The notes beneath the pieces were generated by a model. That model did not search any database. It had not been told where the DNA came from and worked only from the letters and a program-made list of their open reading frames with translations. Below, in pieces: positions 46,338 through 57,900 of a DNA stretch of 64,000 nucleotides. Position 1 is the stretch's first letter. Each line of letters starts with the position of its first letter. The translations under genes were made by a program, and so were the position numbers. The DNA comes from Vitrella brassicaformis CCMP3155 (lineage: Eukaryota > Protista > Chromerida), in assembly GCA_001179505.1 (NCBI GenBank), contig CDMY01000214.1:1-64000 (forward strand), read 5' to 3'.

Positions 46338-47835
46338 ATGGTACTCTCGTTCGCCATCTTGTCCCTCCTGCTCCTGCTCCTCTACCCCCTCAGCTACCTG
46401 TTCTTCCAGGTGGGTGGCAGAGAGGCGACGGATGCAGCCATCCATGCATCAGGCGCATGGGAGATCTCTCTCTCTCTCGCTGTCGCTGCTGTTGCTGGTT
46501 GGCTTTGGGTGTTGTTGCAGGTGAAGCTGAAGGACACCATCTTTGTCATTGTTCCCAACCTCTTTGGGGTGAGACTACTGTGCACATCACACACACTCCA
46601 GCCGCTGATTCCATCTCTCGCTCATGTCTGAGTATGTCTGTCAGGTGTATGGTGCTGCCTATCTCGAGCTCAAGTTCCCCAACGATTCCCTCCTGTCCCT
46701 CTGCACCAACAGCAACCCCGCCAGCGTCGATGCGTGGAGCCAGGCGCTCTTCCTCATGTGCTTCCCCCTCTTCCTGCTGGACCTCATCTTCACCAAACAT
46801 GACTCAATCATGATCATTCACCACATTGCATGGTGAGTCAGCCAGGGCGCAAAAGGCGTGCAGACACCTCTGTGTCTGTCTGAATGTGTTGTGTGGGCAT
46901 GGTGTTGCAGCATGGTCAACTGGGCCGTTTATCTGGCCATCCAGTGGAGCCCTCTGAGCCACTCGATGTCCCCCTCCTCGCCCATCGCTTGGTTCGCCTC
47001 GGGCGGTTTCATCTTCCAAATCCCAGGCTTCTATCTCGAGTGCGGCCTCTTCGTCAACCACTACTTCCGGCTCATCCGCAAGCAGCGGCCGGCCTACCTG
47101 GTGCCCGCGGCTGTCACGTTCCTGGCCTACTTCACGGCCAGAGTGCTGTTTCTGCTCTACTGCTGCGTCGTGCAGCTGCGGTACATCGAGGGCGAGTGGG
47201 TCGGCAAGATATCGACCGAGATTGTCTTCGTCTGCAATGTGGTCTGGTTGGTGCGCATCGTCCGGGGGCTGGTGCGCGGCTTCAAGGAGAGGGGGAAGCG
47301 GCGCGCACTGAGGGGTGAGGACGAGAGCAACATCGAGACCCAGGACAGCAGAAGTGGCGGCGAGAGCGAGACCGACTCGTCAGTGGTCAACGCATCTGAG
47401 GAGCCGCGGACACTGACCAAGACGAGCAGGCAGCCGCGCGACACTGTCTCCAATGCCAACGCATACCCCGTCGAGACGGCCGGGGAGGGCGTCATCCTCG
47501 GGGCACTCAACCAAACCGACCGCCGGCCGCTACTGCCGCACAAGCAGCAGACGAGGCACCGGGCGTCCATCAACGGGCACCTGGAGATCGAATCACAGCC
47601 GGCAAGTGTAGGCCACGCCCCCGCCAGCATCGAGGTCATTGGTGCGACCGTCGCTCAGAACGCGGCAGCTGCAGATGGGGAGCAGCAGTGGGGGTCGGCC
47701 GCGGCAGCTGGCGGGACCACTGAGCAGCAGCGGCAACACATGACGCCCTTCGTGTTGATGGCCGGGCGGGACAGGCCGAGAGATGCAGCAGGAGGGGCAG
47801 CATCTGGCAGCTCAGCAGCCAATGCCCCACCATAG
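46338..47835 (+). CDS. TLC (TRAM/LAG1/CLN8)-domain membrane protein
   Basis: Multiple hydrophobic segments with LDLIFTKHDSIMIIHH (D...HH), FYLECGLFVN, FLAYFTARV and NVVWLVRIVRG, then a disordered C-tail. Three GT-AG introns. Confidence 0.7.
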
Positions 47836-48057
47836 TAGCTAGGAGTGAACAGAGAGGGTCGTTCGTTCGTCATTGCCATTCATTTCCTCGGCACTGTGTT
47901 GTTGAAGCGTTCGGTCGCCGTTGCGTTTTTTTGGCTGCCACACGAGTGTGAGAGATGTTTGTTTTCTTTTTGATATGGACATGTATACAGCCTGTGTGCA
48001 TGCGATGCGCGTGACGCGCCGTTGTCCCTGCTGCTGCTGCTGTCGAGTGCAGCGCTC

Positions 48058-48089
<32 letters not shown>

Positions 48090-48587
48090 GGCAGCCTTCT
48101 CGTGGATGAGGCTGACCGTAGTAGCCAGATGGATGCCGTTGATGTGTACTGAATGAGTTTTGTGAGTGAGTGCAGAGTGCGTTTTTGGAGACTGGAGAGA
48201 CCTACTTGGGGGTGTGCGACTGCGCATACGTTGCATGTCGGTGAAGGTCCATCTCATCTATCTCCACACATGGCCCCCACCCCACCCACATACGTCAGAT
48301 GTATGTATATTTGTGTCTCGACCATCGTACGGATGCACATACCATCGCGGAAAATAGATGCCGCACCTACCAAACACCCCACAAACGAGACGACACGTCT
48401 GCTGGTCCCCTTTGTTTGTGTGGGTGAAAATGGTGCGTTGCATGTGCATCCACGGCATGGCTGTGATGTAATAGCTGGCTATCAGATGCAATCAATACAG
48501 CAATGGGTTGGCTGTACAGCAAGGGTGGGAAGGTCATACACACACACACACACGAAACACCACAGAGGGTCCGGTCCGTTCAGCAAG

Positions 48588-51093
48588 CTATGCAATCAAC
48601 GGTGGATGTGAGTATACACGTTGCGATCGAGTCGAACCGCATCTCACGTCGTGCCTGAGGTAGACGTACACAGAGTGAGCCTCCCACCAGACACGCACGT
48701 CCAGTTTGCGTACCAGGCTGCATGTTGGTGGCGATCGACGTAGTAGTCGGGGCTTCGCTGCAGAGAACACTTCAGCACATAGCAGCGGAGATTGCACCCT
48801 CGTGCAGTGCTTATGAGGCGCTGACCTGTCTGTGTCAGCTGAGGTCGGGTTCCGCCCGCGAGTAGTGGATGCCTTGTCAGTCGACGACACGCCACTGCAG
48901 ACAGAGATACACAGCAGGCTATCCTTCACACATCCTCCCCCACCGCCCTGTTGACTCACCTGTTCCTGGTAACTTGTGCCAGTTTCGCCTTGAGCTGTGC
49001 GATCTCTGCGTTTTTCGATGCCAACTCGCTGAATGAACAAAAGAATACACGTTACATACACACACACACACACACATATGACATACGTCTGCCTGTCCCC
49101 CTATCTGTCTGTCTGTCTGCCTGTCTGTCTGTCTGTCTGCCTGTCACCTCTGCAGGCTTCGTACGGTGCGACGGAGGTCTTTGTCAGCCTGACAGACACA
49201 CACACGGACATTGATCACTTCAGCATCCGCGAACACGTGTGCTCACCCCCCTCCCCGCCTTCATGGACGCCCAGGACCTCTCCATCTTTATCACAGGGCA
49301 GTATTGCTGATGACGGGGCTGCATGAGCGGCACCACGTGGTCGAGGAACGCGCCAATGTCGTCGTTGGTCGTCCGGAGCTCACCGCAGTCCACTTTGGCG
49401 AGGGAGCTGGACAGCTCTGGGCTGAGCTGCTGGGTGATGCTGCCGGAGCACCAGCAGGCGATCACTATCATGGGGTGTGAAAAGTACTCATACTCCACAC
49501 GGGTGAGGTGCCCGAGCACAGTCTCCCGGGCGTCCCTGCCAAGCGCACTGACAGACAGCCACAGCACATAACAAACATCACGTGTCTGTCTGCTTCTCTC
49601 TCCGGTTACTTACCGGGACATGTTGTTGATCTCCCTCCACTTCCCCTGCTCAATACAGCACTGCAGGTACTGCATCGCGAGCGACGCGTACAGGAAGAGT
49701 GTCTCTGTCAGCCGCAGCTTCACCTCCTTCAGCCGCACATCCCCCACCCCCTTTCGCACCAGCTCGTCGGCCGCCAGGTTGAGCACCTTCGTCGGCGGCT
49801 CATGTCCGTCGTTTATCGTCACACGCATGGATGATGTGAACTCATCGCTGCCGTGGAGGGTCACGGGGGGCTGGCCCTCTCTCTCGATGGCGAAGGCGCC
49901 GCTTATCGAGTAGCACCCTGTCCTATGGCGCCCATTAGTGGGCACCTCCCACCTCGTCACCTCCGTCACCGTGCGCTCGGATGGCAAGGTTTCCTCCGAC
50001 CGTTGGCCCTTGAAGACGGGCAGTGCGAGTCTCCACCCATGAAGCCGAACTGACGATCGGCTGCCGTCGCTGAGGAAGGGTTTCATCACGGTGTGGGTCT
50101 GGAGAGAGTGCTGGCGGTCAGCGAATACCTTGTCTGCATAGTCACAGAGAACAGCATCGATGCATTGTCCATCCTATGTCCCCTGTAGGGGTGTGAGGCC
50201 TTGGTGCGTCGCGTACACAGTGCGTCAGGGAAGGTCTGAGAGTTGGTCACCACGGTGAGGAAGCGCTCCAGCCGCTCTGTCACTGCGACCGCGCCCCAGA
50301 ATTCTCTCAACTTCCCCAGGTAAATACGGTCGATGAGGACAATAGCCGCCTGTCTGGCCTCATCGCCGGCCACCCTGTCGTACAGCGGCCGGATGCACTC
50401 GGGGTGGTCGAGCACCATCTCAGTGAGGCCACGCGCCCAGTAGTTGCAGGTGGAGATGATGAGGCGGCCGATGGGGGGCTGGTCGAGGGACTGCAGGAGG
50501 GCCATGGCAAACGCGCTGTCGCCCTGGAACTCCTTGCTGGTCTGCAGTCCATCAGTTTGGTCGCATCAGAGCGTGTGTGCATCCGTCATGTGTCCGCCGC
50601 TCCCACCATCATCGCGACACGCTCCAAGATGCTGTAAGAGCACCCTCCAGTGAAGTACTCCAGTGCCACCAACGTGTCAATGAAGTTGTCCTTGGTCAGC
50701 GACGTGATCATCGAAGGGCGAAAGTGTTCAATCTCGAGCGAGAGGATAGGATACACCTGCAGGACGACGGCCGCCACTTGCGGGTCCACATCCACAATGA
50801 CAAACCGATTGGACGGCTCCTCACGATGACTCGACAACGCAAACGACGGCGACTGGATGAAGCAAGCAGAGCAGGGAAGCAGATGACCTCCTGTCCTGTG
50901 TGTGTCATCTTTCTTCGCATGGCAGTGTGTGTGTTTGTCGCTCACTCACCGTCTTGAAGTACTCGAACTGCATCAGAGTATCTCTGCTCACGCGCAGTCT
51001 GCGGTCCTCGCCGACGCCATCGGGGTCTTCACCCTTCTTGATGAACACCAACTCACACACAGATGACTCATCACCGCACTCGAAGCGCTTCAT
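48588..51093 (-). CDS. BTB/POZ-domain protein with a C-terminal coiled coil
   Basis: N-terminal CELVF...LRVSRDTLMQFEYFKT|ALS...FVIVDVDPQVAAVVLQVY...LTKDNFIDTLVALEYF follows the BTB consensus. Downstream exons lie in ORFs 50086..50505, 49610..50089 and 49220..49567. The penultimate exon reads ASKNAEIAQLKAKLAQV. Confidence 0.6.
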
Positions 51094-51969
51094 CTGCAGG
51101 AGGTACATCACATCAATTAACGTATGACCGATCTGTCTGAGAGAAGCAGCTTCCTTCCAAAAGGTAGGGCGCAATAAGAGCTCGCTTCTCTGGCGAGCTG
51201 TCGATCTGGGGCAGGAGGTGACTTTCTGAGGCTGAAAAGACCGCTTCCTCCACCAAAAAGATGGCTTCTTGACCCAAAAAACGACTCGCCGTTGCAAAAA
51301 GGTAGATCATTCATGCAAAAGGACAGCCGCAAACCCAAAAAGACATCTTTTGGACCCGCCTCACAGCTGCTCAGCCACTATCACACCTTTGCAATGAGAG
51401 TGACGACTGTTTGACCAAAATGCCACCATCTGCTTGTGTGCATACCTCTATGAGGCCCTGGGAGGCGGGACACCTTATGTCGCAGGCTCGTCGAAGAACC
51501 ACCGAGGGAATTGAGTGGGGGTTTAAACCCATTCTAGTGAGGCATTTGTATCGTCTGTCCGCCTTTCTGTGTGCGTGTGTAACGAATGAATGAATGTTAC
51601 ATGTAACACAATTGCTGTTTACACAGCTACTCAGTGAATGAATCGATCATTGCATAGCGCGAATGCATTCGGTGTGTGTTGCCTGTGTGCACTGGTGCTG
51701 ACGTCGGCGTAGCTCATGCGCAGGTGTGTGTGTGTCCGGATACAGCTCCCGTGTCTGTCTCAATGCGGCCTAAATACCCCACCCACATACGTCATATGTA
51801 TATATGTATCCCGCTCTGTACAGAAGGTGCATTCACCGACACATGTACATGTACAGAGACGCCCAATGCATATGTATGTATGTAGGTATGTATGTACACA
51901 CGACGCACCAACCGCAGACGCGTGGCCCTCCAGATCTAGGCAGCAAAGCAGCGATGGATCTATAAAAGA

Positions 51970-54900
51970 CCTCTCTTCTTCATGGCCACACACACATCAC
52001 AACAAAATTCGCAGATGCACCGGTCACCCCATCCCCATGGTAGCGTCGGTCGGCGGCACACGCACTGAGACAGCGAGGTAGCTAGTCGACATAAAGAAGG
52101 AAACGTACACAATGCAATGCATCGAGGGCTCAAAAAGCCATAAAGGCTGCCTCTGGGGGACACGAACCGAGAGCAACGAAACTCTTAAATCCATCAATTG
52201 CCCCACCCCCCTGCCGTCGTCTGTCTGCCATGATACAGCATGCTGGCCGTCGACATATGTATTCGACCACACCACAGCCCCACCATAGCACCCACCCCAC
52301 CACCAGCACCCACAGTGGTCGATCCATTGTCACGAGAATATGGCCGGGCTCCAGCCGGTGAAGGCCTCACGACACAGGGGGCACTGGCGAGGCTGCATGG
52401 TCTGTGCACATTGCAGGCAGATGCAGAAGTGGTTGCACGGCCGCAGCACCACCGACCGCTCCCTCTTCTGGCACACTTGGCAGTCGGTGGCCTCCTCTCG
52501 GGCCCTCTGGTTGCTCTGCTGCATCTGCTGGAGCATCTGTTGACGCAACTCGGCCTGCATCTTCTGCTGGGCGGCCTGCTGAGTCTTGACGATGAGCGAA
52601 TTCAGCCGGGATTGCTCGTTGGTAAGTGCCGTCTGTCGGTCGACCAGCTGCATGGCGAAGCCGCTCAACTCGTCTGCAGTGGTCAGGCCATTGAAGGTCT
52701 CACTCAACCTGAATTACACACATCATTACATCAAAGGGCATGCACTGGTGTCGCCCGCCTTTGTGTGATTGGGTACTGACCTGTCGATTTGAATGCTGCG
52801 TAGCTCATCAATGTCGGCCTGCAGCGCCCGGTTCCCCTCGGTGAGACTGCTTGAGCGACAGACACAAAGGGAGAGAGATGCGTGACGAGGTACGTTGGCT
52901 GCCTGTCGGCTACGCACCTGGCGATCTCCTGCGCCTGGGATGTGTTCTGCTGAGTGAGCGACGCCTCCCTCTCAGCAGCAGCCCTGATAGGGCGAACGAC
53001 ACACACGCACACACACACACACACACAGACAGTTCCGTCCCATTCATTGCGGTGTGGGTGAGTGAGTGCTGTGTGGCTGACTGACCTCTTGTATCTGTCA
53101 AAGTGGTGTTGGAGCTGCCCCATCTCGGCCGCCTGCTGCTCACGGAGAGACCTCTCGCGATCGATGTCACTGAAAGCACTGACACAGAGAGTGAGGTGCA
53201 TATGACCTTGTTTGCCTCCTGTGTGTGTGAAGCTACCTGGTGAGCCGCTGGTGCTGTTGGCTGAGCTGCTGGCGGTGGGCCTCATTGGCTCGACGCATAT
53301 CGGCCTGGAGCCGCTCGTTGGCCGCCAGAGTGTCGGCGACGGTCTGCTCGCCCACCATCTGAGCCTCACGCAAACTGCAGACGGCAACAAAGGAGGGAAC
53401 AGTCAGTTGGATGGATGCACCGATGCATGTGTACCGCTCGCTCTCCTGACGGGCCGCGAGGGTCTCCTGACGGGCCGCATGAGTCTCCTGCTTGGCCGCA
53501 TGAACCTGATGCTGGAGGGCGGCCTCCCTCTCGATCGACTCACGCCTATAGCCCGACAACGCAACCACGGTGGTGAGTCCCTCCCGCCGTTCGTTATTCT
53601 TCTCTCACCTCGTCGCCTCGATCTGCCGGTCTCTGCGCATCAACTCGGCCTCGAGCTCAGCAACCCTGACAAAACCAGACACACCATCACTGTGTGCCCA
53701 CACCCCATCAATCGCCTCACCTGGCCCGCATCGCCTCGGCCTCCTCTCCACCACCCACACGCCCATCGTCACCGTGCCCCGCTGCGCCCCCATCGGTCTC
53801 TCCAGCACCCTGGCCAGCCAGGCCATCGCCGCCACCATTCTCTTTTACACCATCAAGCGACAGCAGGCCATCAAACTCATTCCCGCCATCGGCCAGCGGG
53901 GGCATTGAAGGAGCCATCGGAGGAACCAGAGGCTCACTGACAGCACTCACGGCTGCACAAGCACCAGCAGCGACAGCTGGGCCATGGAGGGGGCTGCTCG
54001 ACGGCTCGCTGTCCACGTGCTCGAGACCACCATCCGCCTCTCCCTCTCCCTCCTGCACAGATGGGTTGCCGTCTGCCGCAATGGATGGCGCTGCTGCTGG
54101 GGCGGATGGGAGAGGGCCAGCCGATGCAGCTGGGGCAGCTGGTGTCTTGTTCTTGTGTCGCTTCTTCTTCTTGGCCTTCTTGCCGCCCTCGCCCCCCTGC
54201 TGCGCTGCCTCACCATGCTGCTGCTGGTCCTCATCGCTGGAGAAGTCAACCCCCAGAGCCTTGCGCGCCGCCCGAGCACGCGCCTCGGCCCGCTTCAGCC
54301 GCTCCTGTGCTCTCGTGTTGTCCTTGGGCGGCTGGTCGCCTCTCTTGCTGTCCTTCTCGGCCTGGCGGGCGGCCCGCTTCTGCATGATGTCGCGTTTGTG
54401 GCGCAGCTCGTCGCGTTTGCTCTCGAAGCGGGTCGGCTGCCGGCCCTTGCTGGTGCGGGGGTCCTCCTGATGCGACTCGGCGGTGCCAGAGACGAATTGC
54501 GACTCAGGGAACTGAGCTGCCATGGCGTTCCGCAGCACCTCTGAACGACGAAGTCAAAGGAAAGGCGGTGTGCCATGCGTGTTCGTATGCGGTTGGTGGT
54601 GGCCAGCCCACCGATGTCCTCGAGCAGCGTAGTTTTGGCGGCGGTGTTCTTGCCGATCTGCTCCGCGAGGCTGGTGATCTTGCTGTCGATGTCGGCATCG
54701 GCGGCGGCCGGCTTGTCCCTCTGGGCCTCGAGGTCGTTGAGCTTGGTCTGCAGCGTCTGCAGCAGCTTCTCGAGAACGGCAAGCCGCTTGAGCTTCTTAT
54801 CCAAAGCCTGAACACACCAATGATTGACACAGTGACCAGTCGAACTTGCTGTATTTTCAGGCACGCATGCTCGAACTTGTGATCCACCCCGTTGGAGCAC

Positions 54901-57900
54901 CAGCCTGGCGGCTTCTGCACAGAACAAATCACAGCAATGAGGCTATGACCGACACCAGATGGCTTCTGCCCCCACCGGTCCCTCACTTACCATTGAGGGC
55001 GTTGAGGGCGGTACGCGCTGTATCGACATCCTCTTGAGTGATGTTGTTGATGGCAGGGTCGTCCTTGAGAGCCTCAAGTCGACTCACACAGTCGGAATAC
55101 CGTGTCAGGTCAGCCGGCGTCACAGAGAAGGGGTCTTGGAAAACGTGTCCTGAGACGATGCCGCGGTCGTCATGTGACATGCTCTCAAAATACAGGGTCA
55201 GCAATGAAAGCCCCATCGTGGTGAAAGCCTTCCACCACGTGAAGGGGGCGAGAGGGTCGTAGGAGCGCACCAGGACATCACACAGGTGCTGGGGGAGATG
55301 CGACGATGGTTCGACATAGAGCTTGTCGGGCACAAACTTAAGACCTGAACAGACAGCAGGGAAGGGGGGTGGCGCTAGTGTAGCTGGTTGGCTCACCTGT
55401 GCAGATAACTGGCTGTTCGTAGGCGCCTTTCTTGTTGATCTCTTCGATCCCGCAAATGACGGCGACTATGTAGTCCCTGTGGGGCACATCTGCACCGGTC
55501 CACAGGCACAACCAAGTAGTCGCACGAGCTGGCATGCCCTCCCTGCACGTTCACGTACCTCTGAGGTTCAGAACGAATGGCGGTTTGCTTCTGGCCTCCT
55601 TCTCCTTGGCCTGCAGCCCCTCCTCCCTCCTCTCCCGTGCTGCCCTCCGTCGGTCCTCCTCAGCTGCGTCAGCCGCCGGCGGCAGGCGGGCGTCATCGGC
55701 CGCCCACCGACGCTCCTTGACCACACGTGCGGCTCGGAGCTCACTCTCACGCTCAGCATAGGCCCTGGTGACGGCGCCATGCACCAATGACGCAAAGTCG
55801 CCACTCGACAGGAACTGATGGCTGATGAGCTTGCCCAGCGGCTCGGATGCTGCAAAATGGACACATACGAAACAGCATCATGTAGGCGAAGGTTGCTAGT
55901 GGCTTCGTACATGAGATAAAGAGGCCCGATAGTGTGGGATTCTGCAATGCGAATCGGAGGAAGGGCTCAACGGTGTTTGCGGTGGCAGGCAGACCCAGGA
56001 AGCTGAAGGGACACGCTCAGCGACATACACACTCGCAGACACACGAGTGCATGTGGCCTACTTGAGAGTGCGTCGATTGGGGTTGGTCATGAGGCCAGCC
56101 GTCGCGGCCGACATGACTATGTCCTCAACGACGGGCAGCGACAGCTCGCCAACCAAATCGAACGACAGAGAGAGCGACGTGCACGCAATGGTGCCGAAGA
56201 GGCGCTCAAGCACTCTCTGCGGACAAGAGAGATGCCAACAGGGGAGGGTATCCGCAAGGCTGTCTAAGTGTGGCCAGTGCCTTCCACACCCGCAGTTGGT
56301 CGTATCGATCGGCTTCGCCCTCAGACTTGGTCAACGCGATATTGTACAGAAGAGACTCGGAAGACCTACCACAGAGGCCCTGCAGGCGATACGACACACA
56401 CAAGTACAGCCCACCACATGGATTCCCCGGCGACCTCGAGCAAGGTTAGATAGGAATTGAACGACATAGCACATGATAAGAGTGCCATTTGCCTGCACAC
56501 ACACATCACATGGCCTCAGTGAATGCTCCATTTTGCCATTCTCCGCCGTGAACTCATACCTGAGTGTCGTGAAGGGCTGTTCTTTCTTGTCCTCCCCCGT
56601 GTCGGCCGTCTGCCCCGCCTCGGTCGTCTCCTGTGTGTCCTCCGTTGAGTCTGCCGGCACGGCAGCGGATGATGTGCTGTGGGTGCGGGTGATGTCACAC
56701 GATGATGACGGCGGCGGGGAGGCACTCTCGCTGCTGCTGTCGCCCTTGCCGTATCCTTCTGGCCGGGCCTTGAGCAAGGCACTCAACCGGTGGGCGAACG
56801 CACGGCTCATGTGGACGCCGTCCAGGCGCAGCTCGAGAAGAGAGGGCACGCGGCCGATGGCGTCGGCAAGTTGGGCGCACTCGTCATCAGGCAACTGAGT
56901 CAAATCCGCATCTGCGCGAGACAAATGCCTTGACAGTCAGCGGCAACGTGCGCGTTCTCTTGTGACCGGCTTACCGATCAGTTGGAGCTTCATGAGCCTG
57001 TCGGCCCTCTGGAGGAAGCCGATGAGGTCGCTGAGGTCATCGGAGGTCGGCGAGCACTCCCAGTGGATCAACAAGTCCAACATCATGTCGGGTGAATACC
57101 TGACAGCAAGAATGAGGCCGTGAACACGAGGGAACTGCTGTCAGTCATCCCTTCTCATCGACATACCTGGCCAATGCCGCCGCGAGCCGATTTTGGTTGC
57201 TCACTGAGATCAATGCAACTGGCGCCAGCAGCTCGCGATTGGCATACGATGAGATGCGGTCAGTCGTACGGACGGGACACAGCCTAATACCAGCCAGCAC
57301 GAAGTGGCCATGGAGTAAAGGTGCGTCTGTCTGTGTGTGAAGGACTGTTTACGCGTCTAGCAGACTCCGGCATGAGAGGGCCAGCATAGCGACTTGTGCG
57401 GCAGAGAAATACAACGGCCCAACAAGCTGGTAGATGGTGTGGAGGACTCTCTTGTCCGACAAACAACACACCAGTCGATTCTGACAGACACACAGCACAA
57501 ACGTGAGTGGTCGGTCACACATGGTCGTTCTCTATATACCCACCTGGGTATTCTCCTGTCGTGCAGCCTCTCTGTGGGGGTCCTGTTGCTGCGATGAGAC
57601 CCACCGATCGATCGCCTCCTACATAGATCACACACACACACACACACGCACACGCACACGCACACGCACACGCACACGCACAGTGGCGAGCGGTGATCGA
57701 TCGGTCTATATGGGGGTCAGACCTTGCGGCGGCGAAACTTGGCGAAGAAATCCAAAACCTGACCCGTGAGTAATACGTATGTACAGACATGTGGCTTGCA
57801 CGTTATTGACACTGAATTGCAATTACCTCATTCTGTAGAGCGCTGTTTTGCGAGGCCGCCGTGAGGGGCCCGGACAGGGCAGAGATGTCCACCTGCACAT

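Noticed and set aside
57620-57685. Regular (CA)n/(CACG)n and similar arrays read as CRISPR-like repeats
   Set aside because: Simple intronic microsatellites with no unique spacers and no cas genes; eukaryotic context.
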